A DNA stretch of 64,000 nt from an uncultured bacterium. GTDB taxonomy: Bacteria > Fermentibacterota > Fermentibacteria > Fermentibacterales > Fermentibacteraceae. Shown in pieces: positions 52,441 through 61,663 of the stretch (positions are counted from its first letter, which is position 1; the number at the start of each line of letters is the position of its first letter). The position numbers were made by a program, and so were the translations under genes. Where the stretch lies: the NCBI GenBank assembly GCA_964569245.1, contig CAZMTK010000004.1:8382-72381 (forward strand). Direction: 5' to 3'. The notes beneath the pieces were generated by a model, which saw nothing but the letters and a program-made list of their open reading frames with translations, searched no databases and had not been told where the DNA came from.

Positions 52441-54690
52441 CTATCTGAGAACCACGCAGGAGCTGCTGGCGCTTCCCAGAGGCGTGTCCAGCCTCATGAT
52501 GTACATGCCGCTTCCCACCGGAGCGCCGTCGGAGTCGAGACCGTTCCAGACGACGCTGTACATGCCGGCCGGAACGTCACCCGAGACGAGCGTGGCGACC
52601 CTCCTGCCGGAGAGGTCGAAGACAGAGAGGCGGGAGACCCCGCCGCCGGGCACGGCATAGGAGATCTGTGTGCTCGCAGCAAACGGGTTGGGCGCGGCGT
52701 TGCCCAGCCAGGCGGCCTGCGCGACCCCCGATGAGCCCTCGCCGATGCCCGTGCCCGGGTTGGCAGTCCCGCGGTAGGGAGCCCTGTTGTGGTAGGTCGC
52801 CGTGATGGTCACCCATGCTGACGGCGAAGGCAGCGCGGGAATGTTCAGGCTGGCGATTCCCGACGCGTTGGTGTACGCCCCGTCGAGGTAGGTGGTGTCC
52901 TGGACTGCGCCCACCAGCGCACCCTCGACCGGGGAGCCGCCTGAGGTGACGGTGACGTTGAACACTCCCGGAGCGATGCTCGAGGAATGCGAGCCCACGA
53001 GCGCCGGCAGGGGCGAGGTGGTGCAGTCGATGTCCATCTCGGGACACCCGAAGACCATGTGCATGTTGTTGTTGCTGGCGGCGCCGCCTTCGCCGTAGAA
53101 CTCCACGACCTTCAGCTTGCCGTAGTCAACCGCGGCGCCCATGTGCCAGATCTCCTGCTCGAAGTAGCCGCGGAACGTGTACTCGGCCAGGGAGTCGGTC
53201 TGCCCCACCGGACTAGCCGTCGTGGCGCCCATGAAGCCCACGGCTCCCTTGGGATTCGAGGGCGAACCCTCGTTCATCCAGGCCTCGGCGAAGCAGTAGG
53301 CGCTGGTGAAGGCTCCGTTGTAGCAGGCTATGGAATTCACCCAGGGCATCTTGCGGCCGTTGGTCAGCGCGGCGACGTTCGAGTTGGAGAAGCCGGAGGT
53401 GACCCAGTACTGGGTGTCGCCGTGACCGATGTAGCTGATGAGGGAGGTTCCCTCGTTGATGCTTGCAGAGATGTTGGCGATGGTGGGAGGCATGCCGCCC
53501 TCGTCGCAGAAGTAGTCCACTGTCATGCCGTGGGCCATGAAGATCTGAGCATACTCCCAGCTGTGCTCGGGATCGCTGAAGTCGGTAGAGCCTATGCTGA
53601 TGGCATTCTGGAACCAGCTGGGCGTGGGCATGTAGGGGTCGAACTCGTAGTTGAGGATCTTCCAGGTCTGGTATGCGAGGTCGTCAGTGTCCTGGTTGCA
53701 GATGCGGCCCACGTGGATCACCGGAGCGCAGCTGGAGCCGACGCATCCGTACAGGTTGTCCTGAGCGGTGCTCCCGGACATCGGGGTGGGGACCTGGGTG
53801 TTGTCTCCGCAGATCAGGATGTACAGCGGAGGATTGGGCCATGTGTTGTAGGCGTTGGCGATCCATGCATCTATCGCGGAGGCCGTGCTGCCGATGGTGG
53901 GCACTACGCCGTAGGCGATCTCGTAGCCCTTCTCCTTCTTCCAGTCGATGAGGTCCTTGCAGAGGGCTATGCTCGCCGTGGTCCCGATGACGAGGTAGCA
54001 CCCGTCCACGGAGTTGCCGCCCGCGGTGTCGAATCCGAGCACCTCCTCGTAGAACGGGAGGAACTCCCTCGTGATGCCCTGGGCTGCGCGGACGAACTCG
54101 TTCTCGCCGGGTTCGCCTGTGGGCACGAGCCGGACTGAGCATCTCGTGGTGATCACCGTCTCGCCGGTCACGGGATTGTATCTCACGGGGTTGAAGCGGA
54201 CCCAGGCGACCCTGATGTCGCGAAGGCACTGGATGGACTCGAGGGTGGCCGCCTCGCCGGGGAAGTAACCGGAGGAGCCGTAGATCGCCGGGTTGATCCT
54301 GTAGGGGGCGGTGTCGCCGTTCCTCGTCATCGGCACCTGCCAGGGCGCGATGTCGTAGAGGCCCAGCGTGACGGTCTCCTCGTCGACCACTTCGAGCCTG
54401 TAGCCGCCGAGGTTGCCGATCCTCACCATGCGCCGGAGGGCCGGGAGGTCGGGGCTGCCGACCTCGGCGAGCATTCCTCCGCCGGGTATCCTGAACAGAG
54501 TCGAGCTCCCGAAGCCCTCGACGAACTGGTTCTCGGCGGTCAGGGCCTGGAGGTTGAACTCGACCAGAATGCCGCCCGCGTCCTCTCCGAGGTACACCGC
54601 GGGCTCGACCTCCGCCGGAGCCCTCCAGGCCGTGGTGGCGGATGCGGCAGGGAGGCAGAGGAGAAGGGAAGCGAGAAACATCGACTTCAC
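52441..54690 (-). CDS. Peptidase C25 (gingipain-like) family protein with a T9SS C-terminal sorting domain
   Basis: Signal peptide, a His...Cys dyad with C25 spacing (GHGDTQYW ... NSIACYNGAF), and a C-terminal ~80 aa matching the Por/T9SS CTD pattern (NPFAASTQISYAVP ... LSVFDLSGRRVATLVSGDVPAGMYSVVWNGLDSDGAPVGSGMYIMRL). Confidence 0.8.
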   Translation of the reverse strand: MKSMFLASLLLCLPAASATTAWRAPAEVEPAVYLGEDAGGILVEFNLQALTAENQFVEGFGSSTLFRIPGGGMLAEVGSPDLPALRRMVRIGNLGGYRLEVVDEETVTLGLYDIAPWQVPMTRNGDTAPYRINPAIYGSSGYFPGEAATLESIQCLRDIRVAWVRFNPVRYNPVTGETVITTRCSVRLVPTGEPGENEFVRAAQGITREFLPFYEEVLGFDTAGGNSVDGCYLVIGTTASIALCKDLIDWKKEKGYEIAYGVVPTIGSTASAIDAWIANAYNTWPNPPLYILICGDNTQVPTPMSGSTAQDNLYGCVGSSCAPVIHVGRICNQDTDDLAYQTWKILNYEFDPYMPTPSWFQNAISIGSTDFSDPEHSWEYAQIFMAHGMTVDYFCDEGGMPPTIANISASINEGTSLISYIGHGDTQYWVTSGFSNSNVAALTNGRKMPWVNSIACYNGAFTSAYCFAEAWMNEGSPSNPKGAVGFMGATTASPVGQTDSLAEYTFRGYFEQEIWHMGAAVDYGKLKVVEFYGEGGAASNNNMHMVFGCPEMDIDCTTSPLPALVGSHSSSIAPGVFNVTVTSGGSPVEGALVGAVQDTTYLDGAYTNASGIASLNIPALPSPSAWVTITATYHNRAPYRGTANPGTGIGEGSSGVAQAAWLGNAAPNPFAASTQISYAVPGGGVSRLSVFDLSGRRVATLVSGDVPAGMYSVVWNGLDSDGAPVGSGMYIMRLDTPLGSASSSCVVLR
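52444..52680 (-). other. T9SS (Por) C-terminal sorting domain of the C25 peptidase
   Basis: See above; TIGR04183-like beta-sandwich signature. Confidence 0.7.
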
Positions 54691-54850
54691 GGCATTTACC
54701 CCCGTCCTGTTCCATGTCCTGTCGTCGTGCCTGCTATCTGGAACGCTGTGTTTTTTATAGAGTTCCCTGGGTACCGGGTCAATCCCGCCAGCCTTGCCTC
54801 AGGGAGCTTCGGCCCGGATATTGGGACTCCCTGCGGGAAAGGAGCACCTC

Positions 54851-55753
54851 TTGCCAAGGAGCGCCAGGAGCCTTGCCCCAGGCTCCTACTACTATGTGAC
54901 GACGCGGGCTGGTCGTGACACTCTGCTCTTCAGGGACGACGACGACTGCAGGGCATGGATTTCGGTAGCATCGGCCCTGCTGGAAGAGGTCGGCGGGATA
55001 AGGCTTCCGGCATGGTGCCTCCTCCCGGAATCAGTCCATCTGATCGTGAGGGACGAGGGGACCGCTCTCCCGTCGTTCATGAGGAAGCTGCTCGGACGGT
55101 ATTCCCGAGCGCGGAGGGACCTGTACGGAACGGGGCGCAGGCTGTACGGCGGGGAGCGGTACCGCAGCGTGCGGCTCGAGGAGGGCGAGCTTGTCGCTGT
55201 CTTCTCGCATGTCGCCCACCTTCCCGCCTCCAGCGGGCTGGTGCTCTTCCCCGACACGTGGGAGTGGTGCTCTACCCAGGATTGGCTGGGTTCGTCAACC
55301 TCCGGGATCACCTGGCTCGATCCCGCGCTCGCCGGATGTCCGGCTTCCGAGCGCGCAGGAATGATCAGGCGCATCCTCGACACTGCCGCCGCCCCCCTCT
55401 CTCTGGCTGCAGGGAGGGGCCGCGGGCATGCCGTCGAAAAGCGGGCTGATGCGCCGCGCATGCTTCCCTCCGACCCCGCAGGCCTGCTGGCGAAGGAGCT
55501 CGGAGTGAGGAAGAGGGTCCTGCTCGCCCCGAAGGGCAGGGAGCAGCGGAAGATCCGTCATCGGGCCTTCGAGGAGTGCCGCACTCGCTGGGGCATGAAC
55601 TTCGCGGAGATAGCGCGGGCATTCGGGGTGACGCCCGGAGCGGTAGTGCAGGCGCTCTCGGGCCCCGTCCGTGCCTGCAGACCTGTGCGGACGGGGCCTC
55701 CGAGGCGCAGACCGGTCAGGAAGAAGGACGAGAACCAGGAGCGCCTGCTCTAG
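54851..55753 (+). CDS. IS200/RayT-like (COG1943) tyrosine transposase-like protein with a C-terminal HTH; HUH motif degenerate
   Basis: YYVTTRAGRDTLLFRDDDDC ... LPESVHLIV ... GERYRSVRLEEGELVAVFSHVAHLP aligns with the Y1 transposase / REP-associated family, but has SVH in place of HuH. The catalytic-region Tyr is retained, and the C-terminal region resembles a DnaA-type HTH. A TTG start at 54851 follows GGAAAGGAG. Confidence 0.6.
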   Translation: MPRSARSLAPGSYYYVTTRAGRDTLLFRDDDDCRAWISVASALLEEVGGIRLPAWCLLPESVHLIVRDEGTALPSFMRKLLGRYSRARRDLYGTGRRLYGGERYRSVRLEEGELVAVFSHVAHLPASSGLVLFPDTWEWCSTQDWLGSSTSGITWLDPALAGCPASERAGMIRRILDTAAAPLSLAAGRGRGHAVEKRADAPRMLPSDPAGLLAKELGVRKRVLLAPKGREQRKIRHRAFEECRTRWGMNFAEIARAFGVTPGAVVQALSGPVRACRPVRTGPPRRRPVRKKDENQERLL

Positions 55754-58700
55754 CTACGACCCCTCCACGAGCCCCATCACGACACGAGCGGCTTCCTCCA
55801 GCTGGCGATCGGTTCCCTCGGCGCAGTCGGCGGGCATCTCGAGGATCAGGATGTCAGGCTGTATGCCGCAGTTCTCGAGATTAACGCCTTCCAGCGTGTA
55901 CCACCCCTCCGAGGGCACCCTGAAGCCTGTGCCGTCGATGAGCTCCGTGTCGGAGGTTCCTATGACCGCGCCGAAGGTCGCGTTGCCCACTATCGGGCCG
56001 ATCCCGAGCGCCCTCCAGCCGGCAGGGAAGATCTCGGCGTCGGAGTAGCATCGTTCGTTTATCAGGAGGACGACGGGCTTCTGCCATGCCCCCAGGGGCT
56101 GGGCGGTCAGCCGGCCGCTGCGGTACCTCGATACCAGGTACTCGGGCCTCGACAGCTCCCTGAGTATCTGGTCGTGGGTGCTCCCTCCACCGTTGCCGCG
56201 GACATCCACTATCATGCCGTCGCGGTCGAGGCCCTCGGCGAAGAGGTCGCCGAGGAAGGTCTCCACGCTGGACTGGTTCATGGACCTTATGTGCAGGTAT
56301 CCGACCCTGTCACCGGTCAGCGAGGATACGATCCTCCTGTTGCGGGCGATCCACTCTTCGTAAGCCAGCTCCGAGAGCTCCCAGGCCGAGACGGGCTCGA
56401 TGGACAGGCGCACCAGGGCGCCGCTCCTGCGGACCTCGAGAGCGACCTTCTCGCCCGTCTTCCCCGCCAGCGGCTCGTAGATGTCCCTGTCGGGGCCTAC
56501 CTCCTCGCCGTCCACGGACAGGATGAGGTCCCCCGGAAGAAGCAGCGATCCGGGCAGGCCGGCCGGCGACCAGGGGATGACGCTGTCGACACGGATCCCC
56601 GGGCCGCTCCAGGAATGGTCGGCTATCACGCCGAGCTCGCCCGTGGGCGCCCCTCCCGACCAGGACCACGGCCCGTATATCCCGAGGTGCGAGGCGTCCA
56701 GCTCTCCCAGCATCCTGCGGACCACGTCGTTGAAGTCCTCGTTCAGGAGGCACCGGGAGGCCCTCTCCCTGTAGCGTTCCCTGACGCCGTCCCAGTCGGC
56801 TCCGTGCATCGCGGGGTCGTAGAAGCCGTCCCTCAGGAGCCGCCAGCACTCGTCGAACTTCTGAGCCTGCCGCTCCGTGACGTCCCAGTCGGTCATGCAC
56901 CGCCATGCGAGAACCCGGGGGGAGGCGCCGTCCGATCCGACGGACCTCAGAACATCCCCCATCCCGAGGTAGAACACGGTCCCGTCGGAGCTGATCGAGA
57001 TGTCGCCGGGCTGCTCGTTGGCGCAGGTCAGCCTCTCCAGGCCGCTCCCGTCCCATTCGACCTTCCAGAGGTCCGAAGCGCCGGACTTGTCGTAGGCGCG
57101 GAACGCGAAGATCCTTCCGTCCCGGGAGGCACCGTAGAAGTCGTAGTAGCCCTCGACAGTGCAGAGCGTCTCGGTGCGCCTGGCGAGATCGTCGAGCTCG
57201 ACGGCCACTTCGGTCGCGGGGCGGTCGAGGAGATCCTCCCTGTCGTCGTGAGAGGCCGCGAAGTCCTCGCGGGTCAGCCAGACCTGGCGCAGCGACCAGG
57301 CTCCCTCGTCGGTCCTGCTTGCGTATACGAGCCTTCTCCCGTCGGAGGGCCAGAAGGGCTGGAAGTCGTCGTTGGGATGACGGCTGACGTTGAAGGGCCT
57401 CCCGCCGGAGGCTCTCACCACGAAGACATCCTCCCTGTGGGCCAGGTCGGTCACGCTGAAAGCCAGCCACCTCGAGTCGGGGGACCAAGAGATGTGCAGG
57501 AGTCCTGGCACGGGGCAGACCTCGCGGTCACGGCCCGTGGCCACCTCGACGACCCTGAGGCGCGACTCGCGGTCGAGGTATGCAATGCTCCTGCCGTCAG
57601 GCGACCAGCACGGGCTCTCTGCCACGCCGCCTTCGAGCGGCACGACGCTCTCCGCAGGGCGAGCGCCGGACACGAAGCCGGTGTCCGGATCGGCAGGGCC
57701 CATGAGGACGAGATCAGAGCGGCCATCGTGCTCCCTCGTGAACGCGAGCATCGTTCCGTCGGGGCTCCAGGCCGGCGACCCCTCCCTGCCCGGAGTGTCG
57801 GTCAGCCTCTCTACGCGCGTGATCCCCGACGAGGGCCCGAGGACACCGCAGAACAGGTCGCCTTCGGCTATCAGAGCGGCCTGGCAGGAGTCGGACCGGA
57901 TGGAGTACTCGTCGGTGAACGTTCCGACGGAGGTCTCGACATGGCGGGGGAAGGGATCGTCCACGGCCGCGTCGAGGACCACCTCTTCCGGGAGCCAGTC
58001 ATCCGTATGCAGGCGCCAGAGGCCTCCGTCGTATTCGAAGAAGATCGTCCGCGAGTCGGCGGAGAGCGCCGGGAAGGTGGCATCGCCGCGGTCGAGCGAG
58101 GTGAGAGGGACTGGTGGGCAGTCCCCGCCGCCGGCCGCGTGGAAGTTCGCGTTTCCGGCCGAGTCCTCCATTATGAAGACAAGGCCCGTGCCGTCCACCC
58201 ACAGTGGCCATCTCTCGTCGAGCGGCGAGCATGCCGCGGGGCGCCAATCCCCGCCCTCCACGAACCAGACATCCCTCGAAGCGGAACCGCTGTAGTGCCG
58301 CCTCCACCACTCCGTGAAGCCCCTCTCCGCCAGCAGGCCGGACGGCGAACGGGAGACGCCTTCGACCGCGGCGGCCAGAAGGAGTCCGGGTGCGCCACCG
58401 GATACAGGCGCCGAGTATATCCATCCCGGGGAAGCCTCTCTGTCCGAACGGTAATAGACGCTGTCGCCTCCCGGCGACCATCCCAGCACCTGGTCGAATC
58501 CGCCGTACCAGGTGAGCCTCGTCGCCTCTCCTCCCCCGGCGGGCATGACGTACACGTCACCCCCTCCGGACCTGTCGCTCGTGAATGCCACCAGCGCGCC
58601 GTCAGGAGACCAGGCGGGACAGCTCTCGAAGCTCGGAGAGGGGGTGAGGCACCTTATCACCCCGCCTGTGCCGGGAGCCTCCCAGAGGTCGCCCCTCCAG

Positions 58701-58795
58701 CAGAAGACCACCCGGGATCCGTCGGGACAGGGGGACGGCTGGCGTGGGTCGGTCACTCCGACCGATATGGAGGCGGCCAGGAGAAGGAAATTCAT
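55754..58795 (-). CDS. Tricorn protease homolog (TolB-like beta-propellers + PDZ + S41 peptidase domain)
   Basis: 1013 aa with repeated SPDG/WSPDG propeller motifs, a PDZ domain, and a C-terminal S41 tail-specific protease core (MIVDVRGNGGG). The architecture matches tricorn. Confidence 0.8.
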   Translation of the reverse strand: MNFLLLAASISVGVTDPRQPSPCPDGSRVVFCWRGDLWEAPGTGGVIRCLTPSPSFESCPAWSPDGALVAFTSDRSGGGDVYVMPAGGGEATRLTWYGGFDQVLGWSPGGDSVYYRSDREASPGWIYSAPVSGGAPGLLLAAAVEGVSRSPSGLLAERGFTEWWRRHYSGSASRDVWFVEGGDWRPAACSPLDERWPLWVDGTGLVFIMEDSAGNANFHAAGGGDCPPVPLTSLDRGDATFPALSADSRTIFFEYDGGLWRLHTDDWLPEEVVLDAAVDDPFPRHVETSVGTFTDEYSIRSDSCQAALIAEGDLFCGVLGPSSGITRVERLTDTPGREGSPAWSPDGTMLAFTREHDGRSDLVLMGPADPDTGFVSGARPAESVVPLEGGVAESPCWSPDGRSIAYLDRESRLRVVEVATGRDREVCPVPGLLHISWSPDSRWLAFSVTDLAHREDVFVVRASGGRPFNVSRHPNDDFQPFWPSDGRRLVYASRTDEGAWSLRQVWLTREDFAASHDDREDLLDRPATEVAVELDDLARRTETLCTVEGYYDFYGASRDGRIFAFRAYDKSGASDLWKVEWDGSGLERLTCANEQPGDISISSDGTVFYLGMGDVLRSVGSDGASPRVLAWRCMTDWDVTERQAQKFDECWRLLRDGFYDPAMHGADWDGVRERYRERASRCLLNEDFNDVVRRMLGELDASHLGIYGPWSWSGGAPTGELGVIADHSWSGPGIRVDSVIPWSPAGLPGSLLLPGDLILSVDGEEVGPDRDIYEPLAGKTGEKVALEVRRSGALVRLSIEPVSAWELSELAYEEWIARNRRIVSSLTGDRVGYLHIRSMNQSSVETFLGDLFAEGLDRDGMIVDVRGNGGGSTHDQILRELSRPEYLVSRYRSGRLTAQPLGAWQKPVVLLINERCYSDAEIFPAGWRALGIGPIVGNATFGAVIGTSDTELIDGTGFRVPSEGWYTLEGVNLENCGIQPDILILEMPADCAEGTDRQLEEAARVVMGLVEGS

Positions 58796-59583
58796 TCGCT
58801 ACCCTCCGTAGATGCAGCAGTCAGCATCCTGGGGGACGAATCCCCAGGCGCTGAGAAATCATAGTCTCCCCACTCGTGAACGACCGACAGCCCGGCTTCG
58901 GCCAGCTCGTCGAGCAGCTCGGCCCGGTCGATCAGTGCCAGCTCCAGCCGGATCCTCGTCTCGCGTCCCGGGCCGTGCGAGTAGGCCATGTCGAAGAGAA
59001 TGGTGCCGCGGCTCTCGACAAGGGCTACGGACTCCACGAGGCGGAGCCTCAGACTGCCGTCGAAGTAGTCGTACCTCTGGGCGTCACGCTCCGGCGGCCT
59101 GCGGGCGAGAGCCGGGCTGGTCTCGAGAACGAGCCAGCCGCCCGGGATCAGGACCCTTGCCGCCTCGACGAGCAGAGCCACCCTCGAGTCCCGCCCCGGC
59201 AGGCAGTGCAGGCCGTTGCAGGCGAAGATGACGAGGTCGAAGGATTCCCCGTGGAACGGCATGGCCTGACCTACGGCCCTGAGCAGCATGTCCCTCCTGC
59301 CGGGGCGACGCCTCCACAGGCCGAGCATCGAGGGGGAGGGCTCCAGGAAGACCGCTGGGCCGGCGCTGGAAAGCGGGCCCGCAAGCCTGCCGGTGCCCGC
59401 ACCGATCTCCAGACAGCGCCCGCCGGGGAACCGGGAGCGGACGAGCCTGTAGAACTCCTCTTCCCGCGTGTCGTCGGGGAAAACAGTCCCCTCCTCCGCG
59501 TCGAAGAAGGGGGCGTACGCGTCCCAGAGAGGGCGGTCGAAGAAGGCCGCTCCGGCCTCGGGGACCTCAGAAGACAGCGGCAT
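58792..59583 (-). CDS. Class I SAM-dependent methyltransferase
   Basis: Motif I (LEIGAGTGRL). It overlaps the tricorn start by 4 bp. Confidence 0.7.
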   Translation of the reverse strand: MPLSSEVPEAGAAFFDRPLWDAYAPFFDAEEGTVFPDDTREEEFYRLVRSRFPGGRCLEIGAGTGRLAGPLSSAGPAVFLEPSPSMLGLWRRRPGRRDMLLRAVGQAMPFHGESFDLVIFACNGLHCLPGRDSRVALLVEAARVLIPGGWLVLETSPALARRPPERDAQRYDYFDGSLRLRLVESVALVESRGTILFDMAYSHGPGRETRIRLELALIDRAELLDELAEAGLSVVHEWGDYDFSAPGDSSPRMLTAASTEGSE

Positions 59584-60469
59584 TGAAGCCGGACTTGATT
59601 ATGAAGTCATCAGGATCCACCTGCATTCCGTCAACCAGGACCTCGTAGTGGAGGTGCGGGCCGACCGCCCTGCCGGTCATCCCGATTCTGGCGATCAGGT
59701 CGCCTCTCTGGACGGGCTGGCCGACGCTCACGCAGATGGAGGAGCAGTGGGCGAACCTCGTCGAGAGCCTCGGAGTATGACGGATGATCACGGTGAGACC
59801 GTATCCGGACGACCATCCGCAGAAGACGACAGTTCCGTCGGCAGGCGCGTAGATAGGCGTGCCGGCCCTCTCGGCGATGTCTATGCCGTCGTGGTAGCGC
59901 ACCGCGCCCGTGAAGGGATCTATCCTGGGGCCGAAGTCGCTGACATAGTATCCCTCGGAGGGCCAAATGGAGGGCACGCGCCTGAGCTGCTCGGTTATCC
60001 TTACGAAGTGCGAGGCCAGGGAGTCGTAGGCTGCGAGCTCCGCCTCGGCCAGGCGCTCGGCGAGGAGGAGCTGCAGATCGATCCCGTCTATGTACTCGAA
60101 CAGGCCGTCAACGTGGTCGGCGGGTGTGTCGAGGTTCGGGAAGAGCCCGGAGAAATCCATGTTGAGGCCGGCTCCGGCGGTGAGTATCCTCTGCTCCCTC
60201 TCGGCTATCTCGATCAGCCTGCCCGTCAGCTCTTCGGTGCGGGCCCTGAGCTGATAGAGCTCGGCCTCGAGCACTGCGGTGTTCCTGTCGGCTCCGGACA
60301 GGCCCTTCGAGCGTCCCACCTGCCTGCCGTACAGGTAGGCTCCTCCCACGAGCAGGCACATGAGGAGCGCGATGAAGAAGCCTGCGAGCTGCAGCCCCAG
60401 CCTGGTCAGCCTCAGCGGACGACCCCGCCCGGCCCTCCAGGGCAGCCAGTGGATGGTGCCTACCGGCAC
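59567..60469 (-). CDS. M23-family metallopeptidase (transmembrane anchor, coiled-coil, LytM domain)
   Basis: HxxxD (HDGIDI) and HxH (GPHLHYEV) zinc motifs. The N-terminal transmembrane segment is followed by a coiled-coil. Confidence 0.8.
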   Translation of the reverse strand: MPVGTIHWLPWRAGRGRPLRLTRLGLQLAGFFIALLMCLLVGGAYLYGRQVGRSKGLSGADRNTAVLEAELYQLRARTEELTGRLIEIAEREQRILTAGAGLNMDFSGLFPNLDTPADHVDGLFEYIDGIDLQLLLAERLAEAELAAYDSLASHFVRITEQLRRVPSIWPSEGYYVSDFGPRIDPFTGAVRYHDGIDIAERAGTPIYAPADGTVVFCGWSSGYGLTVIIRHTPRLSTRFAHCSSICVSVGQPVQRGDLIARIGMTGRAVGPHLHYEVLVDGMQVDPDDFIIKSGFNAAVF

Positions 60470-60496
60470 CGGCGTCCTTCGGGGGTTCCGGCAGCG

Positions 60497-61408
60497 CTAG
60501 CCGAGGAAGAGGAGCAGAGCACTTCCGTCGTTCGTTTCCGAGAGCTTGCTTATCGCCCTGTTCTTGAGCTGCCTGACCCGCTCGCGGCTGATTCCCATGG
60601 TCCGGCCGATCTCGGCGAGAGTGTGTCTCCTGTCCGTGCCGATCCCGAAGAAGAGGCAGATGATCGTGCGCTCCCTGTGGTCCAGTATCTCGAGCATTAC
60701 GTCGACGCTCTTCTTCATGGCCTCCTGCACCACCGCCTCGTCGGGCGCGACCTGGTTCTCGCCTGCGATCATCTCCTGGAAGGTCTTGTCGCTGCCCTCG
60801 TAAACGGGGCTGTCGAGGGACAGGTGGGTGCTGTGTATGGACATCATCCCCTCGACCTCCTCGCGCGAGACGTCGAGCTCCCTCGCTATCTCGTCGGTCG
60901 AGGGGTCGCGGCCCAGGGCATGGCCCAGCTCGCGGGTGGCGCGGCCCATCTTGTAGAGCTCGCCGACGCGGTTCAGGGGCAGCCTCACGATCCTGGACTG
61001 CTCAGCCAGGGCCTGCAGGATGGCCTGCCTGATCCACCATACGGCATAGGTGATGAACCTGCAGCCCTTGGTCTCGTCGAAGCCCTTGGCGGCACGGATG
61101 AGACCCACGTTGCCCTCGTTGATGAGGTCCTCGAGGGCGACACCCTGGTTGGCGTACTGCTTGGCGATGCTGACCACGAACCTGAGATTGGCCTCGGTGA
61201 GCTGGTTGAGGGCGTCCTGGTTGCCCTTCCGTATCTTCCTGGCGAGATCCGCCTCCTGCTCGGAGGTCAGGGTCTCCTTGCATCCGATCTCGCGAAGATA
61301 GAGCTCCAGCGACCGGCCTTCAGTCCTCCTGGTTGCCAAGATCTGCACCTGCCCTTCGATCCCGGGCGCAGACGCACCCGGCTGGAAAACGATTCGGACC
61401 GTCCGCAT
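60497..61408 (-). CDS. rpoD: Primary-type sigma-70 factor, short Bacteroidetes-like RpoD
   Basis: Near-colinear with Bacteroides SigA (LYLREIG, NLRFVVSIAKQY, LINEGNVGLIRAAKGFD, YAVWWIRQAI, ERVRQLKNRAI). The start may be internal (GTG/TTG near 61320-61345). Confidence 0.85.
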   Translation of the reverse strand: MRTVRIVFQPGASAPGIEGQVQILATRRTEGRSLELYLREIGCKETLTSEQEADLARKIRKGNQDALNQLTEANLRFVVSIAKQYANQGVALEDLINEGNVGLIRAAKGFDETKGCRFITYAVWWIRQAILQALAEQSRIVRLPLNRVGELYKMGRATRELGHALGRDPSTDEIARELDVSREEVEGMMSIHSTHLSLDSPVYEGSDKTFQEMIAGENQVAPDEAVVQEAMKKSVDVMLEILDHRERTIICLFFGIGTDRRHTLAEIGRTMGISRERVRQLKNRAISKLSETNDGSALLLFLG

Positions 61409-61663
61409 GGGAAGGTCCGGCGTGGTGATTCATTAGATATAACAATCATGCGCGGCCTGTCGTTCCCGCAGGCCGGGTGAATTCACGGGAAGCATCGTCA
61501 AGTGCAGGGCGGGTGTCAATACCCTTCCTGCAAGTTCATGACAATGGCATTCTTGTCTCGCTCCGGAGGATTCCTCCGAGCGCCGCCGTCAAGGTTTTGG
61601 CGCGGAAGGGCGGGCGGGGAGTCAAGGGTTGACCACGGGGCCGGCTCTGCACACCTTCGCCGG

